This document shows positions 27,659 to 38,256 of a DNA stretch of 64,000 bases, in pieces. Under the pieces are notes generated by a model. That model made no database searches. It was given only the letters and a program-made list of their open reading frames with translations, and was not told where the DNA came from. This DNA is from Gemmatimonadota bacterium. GTDB lineage: Bacteria; Gemmatimonadota; Gemmatimonadetes; Palauibacterales; Palauibacteraceae. How positions within the stretch are numbered: the first letter of the stretch is position 1; each line of letters begins with the position of its first letter. The position numbers and the translations under genes are program-made. Location: the NCBI GenBank assembly GCA_046758745.1, contig JBHIAV010000006.1, forward strand, positions 1-64,000. Reading direction: 5' to 3'.

Positions 27659-29002
27659 CTACTGAACTCCGGCGGCGATGCCCACGACGATCGCCACCGC
27701 CCCGAGGGCGAGCAGGAGCAGATACTTCGGCAGGGCGAACCGGAGCCACTCCTCGTACCGCACCCCGCCCGCCGCGAGGATCGCCAGCAGCGCGCCGTTG
27801 GTCGGCGTGATGAGGTCGCACAGTCCCGCTCCGTACTGATACGCGAGCACGGTGACCTGCCTGGAGAGCCCGAGCAGGTCCGACAGGGGAACCAGCAGGG
27901 GCATCGTCAGCACCGCGTGACCGCTCACGCTCGGCACAGGGACGTGGACGGCCGTGTGCGCGGCCATCATGCCGAGGGCGGAGAGGCCGAGCGGGAGATC
28001 GGCGATCGGCGTGAAGAGCCCCTTCACGATCGTGTCGACGATGCGACCCTGGTCGAGGACGACGTAGATGGCGCGCGCGAAGCCGATCAGCAGGGCGGCG
28101 AACGCCATCGACCGAAAGCCCTTCACGTACGCTTCGGCGGTGCGGGTCACGCCGAGGCGGCCGATCAGGCCGGCGAGGACTCCCATGAGGAAGAACAGGG
28201 CCGACATGTGGTCGAAGTCCCAGTCTAGATAGAGGAGGCCGACCACCAGCGCCGCGAAGGTCAGGAGCACGAGCAGCAGGATCGCTCCCTCGCGCCGGCC
28301 CACCCTCTCCGATCCGGCGGCCTCGACCGCTTCCGGCTCCGTGCGAGTCCGGACGGCGTGCCGCATGGTGGCCCCGATCCAGAACGCCACGGCTGCCCCC
28401 AGGAAAGCCAGGCGGAACGCCGAGCCGGAGAGCAGCGGGAGCTCGGCGAGCTTCTGGGCAATCCCCACCTGAAACGGGTTGATCGGGCTGAACGATGATC
28501 CGACGAACGCCGCGCCTGCGCTCATCGAGACGGCCACCAGGGGAGTGAAGCCGAGGCGTCCGGTGAGAATCAGCAGGACCGGGACCAGGGCGATGATCTC
28601 CTCCTGCATGTTCTCCAGCGCCCCGGCTGCTGCGAAGGCCAGCGACACCACCGGGATGACGAGGGCTTCACGCCTGTCCAGGCGACGCACCAGCCATGTC
28701 ACGCCGCTGCGCAGCGCCCCCGTCTCGTCCACCACCGTGAACGCCCCACCGATGAGGAAGACGAGGAAGACGACGTCGGCCGCGTCGGCCAGGCCCTTCG
28801 GGATGGCGACGATCGCGTCGAAGAAGTCGACCGGATTCCGCTCCACATCGTGGTAGGTTCCGGCGACGACGACGACGCGGCCCGTGGCCGCATCCTCGCG
28901 CCGTTCGTACTCCCCGGCCTGGAGCACGTAGCTAAGGGCCGCGGCGACGAGGATGCAGCCCACGAGTAGCGCGATGGGATGCGGAAAGCGTCGCTTCTGC
29001 AT
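27659..29002 (-). CDS. YfcC-family membrane transporter
   Basis: FPHP, AGEYER, INPFQVGIAQKLAELPLLSG, PSVSGHAVLTMP, AYQYG and PTNG; many TM helices. Confidence 0.88.
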   Translation of the reverse strand: MQKRRFPHPIALLVGCILVAAALSYVLQAGEYERREDAATGRVVVVAGTYHDVERNPVDFFDAIVAIPKGLADAADVVFLVFLIGGAFTVVDETGALRSGVTWLVRRLDRREALVIPVVSLAFAAAGALENMQEEIIALVPVLLILTGRLGFTPLVAVSMSAGAAFVGSSFSPINPFQVGIAQKLAELPLLSGSAFRLAFLGAAVAFWIGATMRHAVRTRTEPEAVEAAGSERVGRREGAILLLVLLTFAALVVGLLYLDWDFDHMSALFFLMGVLAGLIGRLGVTRTAEAYVKGFRSMAFAALLIGFARAIYVVLDQGRIVDTIVKGLFTPIADLPLGLSALGMMAAHTAVHVPVPSVSGHAVLTMPLLVPLSDLLGLSRQVTVLAYQYGAGLCDLITPTNGALLAILAAGGVRYEEWLRFALPKYLLLLALGAVAIVVGIAAGVQ

Positions 29003-29146
29003 GTGCTGGCGCTCGGTTCGATCGGTGATCCAGTCACCCCGGAGCCGATGAGAAAGCTCGGGGACCGCTTCGGTCGGCGGTGCAGGGTCTCCGGGCTGCC
29101 GCATCGCCCGAAGACCCGGGAGGAACGTCCTCGAGACGGCCGATCA

Positions 29147-29203
29147 GCCCGGCGTCCGGTCAGCGCGGACGCGGCCCGGCCAGCATCCGGCCAGCCCGTG
29201 CCC
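29147..29203. repeat. 57-bp direct repeat, copy 2
   Basis: 52/57 identical to 27402-27458. Confidence 0.85.
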
Positions 29204-29226
29204 GGCGCGAGGGGCGGGCCGACGGC

Positions 29227-29448
29227 TCAGACGCCGAGCGCCCGGGCGGCGAGCTCCGTCCCGGCGACGCGGGCGCGAACCTTCTCGAAGGCCGTCTCCC
29301 GAGAGGTCGAGGTGTCGTCCCCGAACGGTGACAAGCCGCAGTCGTCGGTGGTGCCGAGTCGGTCGAGCGGAAGGTATTCGGCCACCTTCCAAACCCTGTC
29401 CCTCACCTCCTCGGGAGTCTCCACTCTCGGCTCGATCGGGTCGATCAC
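29227..29448 (-). pseudogene. C-terminal remnant of a cobalamin-independent methionine synthase-like (MetE/Meth_synt_2) gene
   Basis: VIDPIEPRVETPEEVRDRV...LGTTDDCGLSPF matches the family C-terminus; only 73 codons, starting 11 nt after the pckA stop. Confidence 0.7.
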
Positions 29449-29459
29449 GCGGCGGAAAG

Positions 29460-31073
<1,614 letters not shown>

Positions 31074-31352
31074 CCGTGCTCTCCGCGCTGCCGGCCCGGC
31101 TCCCCGCGGCGCAGAGGTGCGGAGGACGGTCCGTCCGCCGCGGTAGATCCGACCGAACGGTGAAACGTCCAGTAAGCTTCGCTCCGGGAGCGGCCACGGG
31201 CAACCGCCGCGCCCATCGGACGGCCGGGGCTCGCCGTTCGCGCGCTCGGCGAGGCAGATACCTTTTCGGCGTGCGACGAAGCGGTTGAAGGCAGGACGGG
31301 GCGGCTAGGGGAGCTCCCCTGGCGAGTGCCGCCGCGGGCCGGCGGCAGAGCC

Positions 31353-33767
31353 TCAGGCCGTGGCGACGGCGCTCTCCGCGTCGGCCGCCTCCCCCTCACG
31401 GATCGCCCGCCACACGCGGTCGGGGGTGAAGGGGAGAGAGTCCATGCGCACGCCGATGGCGTCGTAGATGGCGTTCGCGATGGCGGGAAGCGAGGGATGG
31501 AGCGGACCCTCGCCCGCTTCTTTCGCGCCGTAAGGGCCTTCGGGGTCGTTCGTCTCGACGATCAGCGAGACGAACTCCGGGCAGTCCATAGACGTGGGGA
31601 TCCGGTAATCGAGGAGCGAGGGGGCGTTGTGGAGGCCGCCCTCCTCCGGCCCACGCTTCATCACCTGCTCCTCCATAACCGCCTCTGCGAAGCCCATGTA
31701 GGCCGAGCCTTCGATCTGTCCCTCGACGAGCACCGGGTTGAGCGCCCGCCCGCAGTCGTGCGCGACCCAGATCGTCTTCACCTCGACGAACCCGGTGTCC
31801 GGGTCCACCTCCACCTCCGCGACGTGAGCGGTGAAGCTGTAGGCCGGCGATGCGCCGATCGTGCCGCCCCGGTAGTCGCCGTGGATATCCTTCGGGGTGT
31901 TGTAATGCCCGATGGCGCCTAGCGTGCCGTGCTCCGCCTCGGCAAGCTGGAAGGCGGCCGCGATCGGCATGCGTCGCTCGCCATTCCGCGGGTCGCCGGC
32001 GTCGAAGGCCCATCCTCCGGTGAGCCGCACCCGCTCGGGCGGGATCCCCCAGGCCTTCGCCACGGAGCTCCGAACCTTCCCGCCGAGCTCGCGGCACGCC
32101 ATCACGCACGCGTTCCCCACCATCAGGGTCTCGCGCGAGGAGTACGCGCCGAGGTCCACCGGCGTGAGGTCCGTGTCGGCCGAGAAGACGCGTACGTATG
32201 GGAGTGGGACTCCGAGCTCCTCCGCGGCGATGTAAGCCATCGTCGAGTCGGAACCTTGCCCGATCTCCGAGGCACCGTGCAGGACGTTCACCCGGCCGGA
32301 CCGCTCGATCTGCACCTGCACGGCGGCCTGCGGCATCGGGTTTGGGTAGATGGGATAGTTCGTCCCGGAGATGTAGCACGAGCCTGCGATGCCTACACCC
32401 CGACCGTATGGGAGCCTCCGGAACTTCTTCTTCCACCCGCTTGCCTGCTCCACGGCCTCGAGACACTCGAGGAAGCCGTTCGAGTTCACCTGGAACTCGT
32501 TCACCGTCCGGCCCGTGCCCATGAAGTTCCGGCGCCTGAACTCGATCGGGTCCATGCCGAGCTTCTCGGCCACCTTGTCGATAGAGATCTCGAAGGCGAA
32601 GCGGGGCTGCACGGAGCCATGTCCGCGCTTCGGGCCGCACGGCGGCTTGTTCGTGTACACGCGGGTCGATTCGAAGCGGTACGAGTCGATCGTGTACGGC
32701 GCGGTGAGCAGCTGGCCGCTGTAATAGGTGGTGACGAGGCCGAAGGAGGCGTACGCGCCACCGTCGAGGATCGTCCGCGCATCCACCGCCCTGAGCCGTC
32801 CGTCGTTCGAGGCGCCGAGGCGGTACCACATCTTCATCGGGTGCCGGCCGCGGTGGGAGTAGAAGACCTCCTCCCGCGTGTACAGGATCTTCACCGGACG
32901 TCCCGTGCGCAGCGCCAGCAGAGCCACGCAGAACTCGAGGTCGAACGGCTCCGACTTCCCACCGAACGCACCGCCCACGGCCGGCTGGATCACCCGGATC
33001 CTGGCCACGTCCAGCTCGAGGACGCGCGCCAGCTCACGGTGCAGGTAATGCGGCACCTGCGTGGAGGACCACACAGTGAGGATCGCGTCCTGTCCGACGC
33101 GGGCGATCGCGCAGTGCGGCTCGATCGCTGTGTGGGTGGTACCGTGGAAGTAGTACTCTCCCTCCACCGTGACGTCGGCCGACTCCATGAGCTCATCCAC
33201 CGGCCCGAACTCGAGCTTCACCTGTTTGGTGACGTTTCCGTTTCGGCCTGGCTTCCCCGGCTGGTGGATCGGGTTCTCGGGATGAGCCAGTGCCTCCTCG
33301 GGGTCCAGGTAATAGGGGAGGGGCTCGTATTCCACGTCGATCAGGTCGAGCGCCGCGTTGGCCGTATCCTCATCCACCGCGGCGACCGCCGCCACCGCAT
33401 CACCCACGAAGCGGACCCTATCGAGCGCGAGTGCGTGCTCATCGCGCGTCCACGGGATGATGCCGTACGGAATCGGCATGTCCTTCCCGGTGATCACTGC
33501 ATGCACCCCCTCCAGCGCCTCCGCCTCGGAGACGTCGATCGAGCGGATGCGGGCGTGGGGCTCGGTGCTGCGGAGGATCTTCCCGTGCAGCATTCCGGGG
33601 AGGACGATGTCATCGGTGTACACCTCCTTCCCGGTGGACATGGCGAGGCCGTCGGTGCGGCGGTTGCGCCGCCCCAGCACGCGGAACTCATCCGCGCCGA
33701 GCGCCTCCAGCTCTTCGGGGGAGTCCGCGCTGGATCTCTGCAGGCGCTCGAGCTCCTCGGGCAGCAT
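31353..33767 (-). CDS. Molybdopterin-binding large subunit, xanthine dehydrogenase family (HcrA-like)
   Basis: GGAFGGK, KRGHG, EIGQGS, AHDCGRALNP, GQIEG and GPYGAKEAGEG; ATG at 33767. Confidence 0.9.
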   Translation of the reverse strand: MLPEELERLQRSSADSPEELEALGADEFRVLGRRNRRTDGLAMSTGKEVYTDDIVLPGMLHGKILRSTEPHARIRSIDVSEAEALEGVHAVITGKDMPIPYGIIPWTRDEHALALDRVRFVGDAVAAVAAVDEDTANAALDLIDVEYEPLPYYLDPEEALAHPENPIHQPGKPGRNGNVTKQVKLEFGPVDELMESADVTVEGEYYFHGTTHTAIEPHCAIARVGQDAILTVWSSTQVPHYLHRELARVLELDVARIRVIQPAVGGAFGGKSEPFDLEFCVALLALRTGRPVKILYTREEVFYSHRGRHPMKMWYRLGASNDGRLRAVDARTILDGGAYASFGLVTTYYSGQLLTAPYTIDSYRFESTRVYTNKPPCGPKRGHGSVQPRFAFEISIDKVAEKLGMDPIEFRRRNFMGTGRTVNEFQVNSNGFLECLEAVEQASGWKKKFRRLPYGRGVGIAGSCYISGTNYPIYPNPMPQAAVQVQIERSGRVNVLHGASEIGQGSDSTMAYIAAEELGVPLPYVRVFSADTDLTPVDLGAYSSRETLMVGNACVMACRELGGKVRSSVAKAWGIPPERVRLTGGWAFDAGDPRNGERRMPIAAAFQLAEAEHGTLGAIGHYNTPKDIHGDYRGGTIGASPAYSFTAHVAEVEVDPDTGFVEVKTIWVAHDCGRALNPVLVEGQIEGSAYMGFAEAVMEEQVMKRGPEEGGLHNAPSLLDYRIPTSMDCPEFVSLIVETNDPEGPYGAKEAGEGPLHPSLPAIANAIYDAIGVRMDSLPFTPDRVWRAIREGEAADAESAVATA

Positions 33768-33771
33768 GGCT

Positions 33772-34314
33772 TCAGGCCTCCCCCGGCGCCGGTACCCGAG
33801 CCGGCGACGGGTGCGGTGATGCGAGCAGCTCCGCCGGAGCTCGGCCGCTCCGAAGCGCCTCGGCCGCCAGCTCCACCGCCTCGAAGATCTTCGTGTAGCC
33901 GGTGCACCGGCACAGGTTGCCGGACAGGGCCTCCATGATCTCCTTCCTGGTAGGCGAGCTGTTCTCCGCGAGGAGTCCGAAAGCACTGCACAGAATGCCG
34001 GGGGTGCAGAAGCCGCACTGCGCCGCGCCGGTCAGGTCGAAGGCATCCTGCAGCGGGTGGGGCCGAGCGCCCTGCGCGATCCCCTCCACGGTGGTGACCT
34101 CGTGGCCCATCGCCTCGTACACGGGAAGGATGCACGACAGCACGGCCTTCCCGTCGAGCAGCACCGTGCAGGCGCCGCAGTCGCCCTTGTCGCACCCCTG
34201 CTTCGAGCCTGTCAGGCCGAGACCATAGCGGAGCGTCTCGAGGAGCGTGAAGTGGGTCGGGACGCCGACCTCGACAGCGTCACCGTTGACCCGGAGATTG
34301 ATTACGTCCTTCAT
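33772..34314 (-). CDS. 2x[2Fe-2S] small subunit (HcrC/CoxS-like)
   Basis: GCDKGDCGAC, QCGFCTPG and NLCRCTGY motifs. Confidence 0.92.
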   Translation of the reverse strand: MKDVINLRVNGDAVEVGVPTHFTLLETLRYGLGLTGSKQGCDKGDCGACTVLLDGKAVLSCILPVYEAMGHEVTTVEGIAQGARPHPLQDAFDLTGAAQCGFCTPGILCSAFGLLAENSSPTRKEIMEALSGNLCRCTGYTKIFEAVELAAEALRSGRAPAELLASPHPSPARVPAPGEA

Positions 34315-34616
34315 GGCTGGGTAGTACCCCGCGTTTGTCGGGGTCGTTCGAGCTTCACGAAACCGTGACCGGGCGAGTGCCGGATCGATGGGCGCCGCTT
34401 CCGGCGCGGACGGGCCGTCCCGAGCCCCGGGCGGACGGCCCCGTTCCTGCGGGACGTTAGACGCGCCGTGCAGGTCGGGTCAAGCGCGAGGCACCCCGCA
34501 CGGGAGATGGGGGTACGCAGGCGGACGCTCGGCCTTCGGGCCGCAAGCTGGAAGCCCGGTCGGCCGGCGCCGGACACCCGGTCGTGGTTGCCGGAGAGAT
34601 GAACCGGAGGAGCCGA

Positions 34617-36044
34617 ATGCCACGCGGAGCACTCCTCTCCTTCTGCTTCGCTGCATCGCTGATCGCCGCCGCGCCCGTCCCGGCGGCCCAGGCTGCCGTG
34701 CAGGCAGCCGATCGAGGGCCCGCGAGGATCGCCATAGACCGGTGGCTCGTCTCGGGGGCTTTCGAAGCCGACACCGGTCCGTCTCCCCTGTCGGTGGACT
34801 ACCTCAGGGGAGGCGAGCCGGACATCCTACCGGACAGGGGACGCGAGGCCGGGTCGACCCGGTGGACGCTCGTCCGGCAGGACTCGGCCGACCTCTTCTC
34901 CCTCGACTCGATCCTCGGCGAGCGGCCGGCGCGCGCCGTCGCTTACGCGCACGCCTATCTCCGCTCGCCCTCCGAACGGACCGTCCGCCTCCTCCCGCGG
35001 GGGCCGGACTGCGGCGATGTGGATGTCCGACTGAACGGACAGCCGCTCGGCGAGGCCCGCTCCTCCGCAGACACGATCGACGTGAGGCTGGCCTTCGGAT
35101 GGAACACCCTTCTCCTCGAGGTTCTGGGCGGCGACTGCGCCTACACCTTCGGGGCCCGGCTCCTGGCGGGGATCGACGGCCTCGACGAAGTTCGGGTCCA
35201 GGCCTCGCGTCCGCCCGGCGACGCACGGGCCTTTCCGGCGCCATCCCTGACGGTCCCTCCGCTCCTGGAGATAGAGCCGTCGCTCGCCTGGCAGGCCGAC
35301 GAGCTGCTCGCGAGGCTCGCCCTCCCGCTCACCGCTTGGGGGAGCGGCCCGATCGACAGCGTGCGCATCCGATTCCGTTTGGGAGGTACCGACGAGAGAT
35401 CGGTCGCCCGGGACCTCCGGCCGGCGACCGTGACCAGCCTGGCCTTCATTCTCCCCTTCGACGCCCTTCGGAAGGGGGCCCTCCAGGCGGAGGCCGTTCG
35501 ACTCGACCTCCGCTGGGGGCGTGACAAGGCCGAGCCGAGCGTCTCCATCGCCCCCGAATCGCTCCTGCGAACGGTTCACGCGCCGATCCGACTCGTCGGC
35601 TGGGGACCGGGGGCGGTGGAGACGGCAGCGCGGAGCAGCGAAGCACCGGGCGACCCACCCCTCCCCACCGGAAGCGGGGTCGCCGTCGGCGGAAAGTGGA
35701 AGGTGCCGCGAGAGCTGGCGGGGTTCACCCTGCTTCTGGACGCCGGAGGCGCTCCCGGCTCCTACCGGCTCGGAAGCGGGCAGTCCGTCACGCCGGACAC
35801 GCTCCTCACGCTGTGCCGCGGGTGCCGCCGCGGCCAGGAGATCTCCATCCACGCGACCTCGTCCGCGGCCTGGAGCTCATACCCGACCGTGCGGGTCGCC
35901 GAGCCGGGGTACCCCGCCGCGGCCGACGCGGCCGAAGCGCCGGACGCGCAGACATGGCTTCGGGCGCTCGGCGAGAAGAGAAACGAGCGCTACCTCGAGC
36001 TCTCCGCCCGCTTCGGGAGAGAGACCGCGGCGGAGGGAGGATGA
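34617..36044 (+). CDS. Exported hypothetical protein
   Basis: Signal peptide; AVAYAHAYL...LNG...GWNTLLLEV beta-sandwich-like segment; GGAGG before ATG 34617. Confidence 0.7.
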   Translation: MPRGALLSFCFAASLIAAAPVPAAQAAVQAADRGPARIAIDRWLVSGAFEADTGPSPLSVDYLRGGEPDILPDRGREAGSTRWTLVRQDSADLFSLDSILGERPARAVAYAHAYLRSPSERTVRLLPRGPDCGDVDVRLNGQPLGEARSSADTIDVRLAFGWNTLLLEVLGGDCAYTFGARLLAGIDGLDEVRVQASRPPGDARAFPAPSLTVPPLLEIEPSLAWQADELLARLALPLTAWGSGPIDSVRIRFRLGGTDERSVARDLRPATVTSLAFILPFDALRKGALQAEAVRLDLRWGRDKAEPSVSIAPESLLRTVHAPIRLVGWGPGAVETAARSSEAPGDPPLPTGSGVAVGGKWKVPRELAGFTLLLDAGGAPGSYRLGSGQSVTPDTLLTLCRGCRRGQEISIHATSSAAWSSYPTVRVAEPGYPAAADAAEAPDAQTWLRALGEKRNERYLELSARFGRETAAEGG

Positions 36045-37099
36045 TGAGGGGGGGCCGAGCGGTCTGGCGCGCGGCGTCGATCTCCCTCCGACCGACCCTC
36101 TCGAGGGCCTGTCTCTCGCCGGGCCCGCGCCCGGCGGCACTCTCCTCTCTCCTCGCCGTCTCCCTGGCGGCGTTCGGCGGCGGGTGCAGCGGCGGCGCGG
36201 TGCAGGTACCGCCCCGCGATAGCGGCTGCGGGGATGCGCGGCGGTTGGCCGCACTCCCGCCGGAGCTCAAGGAGGCCTCCGGGATGATCCGAGACCCGCG
36301 ACGCGAAGACCTCTTCTGGCTGCACAACGACAGCGACAACGACCCGGCCCTGTACCTCGTCGACGTGGAAGGACACCTCGTGATGTCCGTCGAGGTCAGC
36401 GGCGGCACGAACGAGGATCCCGAGGATCTCGCGCTGGCCGAGTGCGGCGATCGCTGGTGCCTCTACCTCGGCGACATCGGCGACAACTTCGGGCGGCGGC
36501 GTGAGATCTTCGTCCACCGCATCCTCCTCCCGCCCCTTCCGACGGAGGCCGGAAGGCGGGGGGGATCGTCGCCATCGAGCTACGGAGTCGGCTCGGTGCC
36601 CCGCGGCGAGGTCGCCGTGGAGCGCAGCTTCCGCCTCCGGTACCCGGACGGTCCACGGGACGCCGAATCGATGATCATCGACGAGCGTACGGGCCAGCTG
36701 ATCCTCATCTCGAAAGGGCGGGAGGGGAGGGTGTCGATGTACGCGGCACGGCTGGACGCCGAAGGGGAGGAACCGATAACCCTGCGGCGGATCGGTTCCC
36801 TGCGCATCCCCATCGGCCGCAGCACGAGCCAGTACCTGACGGCGGCGGATCTGTCGGCGGACGGGCGGCAGCTGGCGGTGCGCAGCTACACGACGATCTT
36901 CCTCTTCCGGTGGCCGGGTCTGAGCGCGTTCGACACGACCGCCGTACCGGCGGCCGTCTCCCTCGCCGCTGCGGCCGAGCCCCAGGGCGAGGGGCTCACC
37001 TTCGCGGCCGACTACGGCCTCATCTATCTGGCGAGCGAGGGCCGGCTCGGGCGGCCGCAGCAGCTCAGCGTGGTGAGCTGCCCGGCGCGTCGTCCCTGA
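36041..37099 (+). CDS. Probable beta-propeller lipoprotein (SdiA-regulated/phytase-like)
   Basis: EASGM, WLHNDS, DPEDLA, GDIGDN, YPDGPRDAE and QGEGL motifs; lipobox GGGC. Confidence 0.75.
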   Translation: MMRGGRAVWRAASISLRPTLSRACLSPGPRPAALSSLLAVSLAAFGGGCSGGAVQVPPRDSGCGDARRLAALPPELKEASGMIRDPRREDLFWLHNDSDNDPALYLVDVEGHLVMSVEVSGGTNEDPEDLALAECGDRWCLYLGDIGDNFGRRREIFVHRILLPPLPTEAGRRGGSSPSSYGVGSVPRGEVAVERSFRLRYPDGPRDAESMIIDERTGQLILISKGREGRVSMYAARLDAEGEEPITLRRIGSLRIPIGRSTSQYLTAADLSADGRQLAVRSYTTIFLFRWPGLSAFDTTAVPAAVSLAAAAEPQGEGLTFAADYGLIYLASEGRLGRPQQLSVVSCPARRP

Positions 37100-37102
37100 T
37101 CC

Positions 37103-37573
37103 TCAGCCGAACAACGTCGTCTGGTCGTCGCCCGGCTCGGAGACGCCGCGCTCCTCGCTCCCGACACCCTCCTCTCCCGGCGGGGAGCTGCCGCGGCCCC
37201 CGCTCCGAGCGTCCTCGCCGCCGGAGTCGGAGGCGCCGGCGCCGGTCGGGTCCGGCGTGGGGCCCGCCGGGGACTCGGACGCCCGGTTCGCTGCCTCGGG
37301 CGGCCGGTCCGCTGCCGCGGGTGACGAGGGGGCGGAAACGGACGCTCCGGACCCGCGCGGGCCCGGCGGCGGCGGGGTCGGCGGCGGAGGGGAGCTCCCG
37401 AGACGCTCCGCCTCCTCCAGCTCGCGCTGGATCTCGTTCAGGCTGCGCCGGAACTCCCGCATCGCCCGGCCGAGGGAACGGGCGATCTCGGGAAGCCGCC
37501 GGGGCCCGAAGAATATGAGGATGATGACGGCGATCACGAGCATCTCGGAAAGCCCGAGGGTCCCGATACCCAT
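37103..37573 (-). CDS. tatA: TatA/TatB family twin-arginine translocase subunit
   Basis: N-terminal TM helix, FGPRRLPE hinge, amphipathic helix, disordered tail. Confidence 0.85.
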   Translation of the reverse strand: MGIGTLGLSEMLVIAVIILIFFGPRRLPEIARSLGRAMREFRRSLNEIQRELEEAERLGSSPPPPTPPPPGPRGSGASVSAPSSPAAADRPPEAANRASESPAGPTPDPTGAGASDSGGEDARSGGRGSSPPGEEGVGSEERGVSEPGDDQTTLFG

Positions 37574-37646
37574 CAGCCACTTCCCGCGGAAGGCGAGCCC
37601 ACCTGATCCGCGGTTGCAACGGGGACGGCAACCGGCCGGGAACCGG

Positions 37647-38195
37647 TCAGCCGGTGAGGGCCCGCAACACCTCCTCGCCGTAGAACATGCGGATGTACTT
37701 CGCCTGGATCGGCGTGATGCGCCGCACCGCCCACACGAGCTCGACGTCGTTCGGCGCTCGAGGCATGGCGATCGGGCGCATGCCGCTCTCCTCGGGAAGG
37801 CGGCTGCCCTTCCGGAGATTGCACTTGCTGCATGCGGTGACGACGTTCAACCATCCGTTGTCGCCGCCCTGAGAGAGCGGCACGATGTGGTCGCGGGTGA
37901 GGGATTCCCGGTAACCGAGCTGACGCCGGTGCCGCCCGCAGTACTGGCATCGGTACCCATCGCGCGCGAACAGGAAGGTGTTGGTCACCTGCCGGCGGAA
38001 TCTCCGCGGCACGTGGATGTAGCGGACCAGGCGGATGACGACGGGTGCGGCGAAGTGACACCACTCGGAGCGGAAAGGCCGATCGGCGTCGACCTCCAGC
38101 GCCTCCGCCTTTCGGTCTATCACCAGCCTGAGAGCGCGGCGGACCGGAATGATGGTGAGCGGCTCGTACGACGCGTTGAGCGCGAGACACCCCAT
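37647..38195 (-). CDS. HNH endonuclease (McrA-like)
   Basis: LALNASYEPL, RDGYRCQYCG, TRDHIVPLSQGG and NVVTACSKCNLRKG; GGAGG before ATG 38195. Confidence 0.9.
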   Translation of the reverse strand: MGCLALNASYEPLTIIPVRRALRLVIDRKAEALEVDADRPFRSEWCHFAAPVVIRLVRYIHVPRRFRRQVTNTFLFARDGYRCQYCGRHRRQLGYRESLTRDHIVPLSQGGDNGWLNVVTACSKCNLRKGSRLPEESGMRPIAMPRAPNDVELVWAVRRITPIQAKYIRMFYGEEVLRALTG

Positions 38196-38224
38196 GTAAC
38201 GTCCCACCTCCTGTTCCGAGGTGG

Positions 38225-38254
38225 AGTCTAGGGCGCTTCGGCGCGCAAAGTCAA
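38225..38254 (-). promoter_or_regulatory. Putative sigma-70 promoter for HNH-tatA
   Basis: TTGACT-N18-TAGACT on the minus strand. Confidence 0.55.
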
Positions 38255-38256
38255 GC

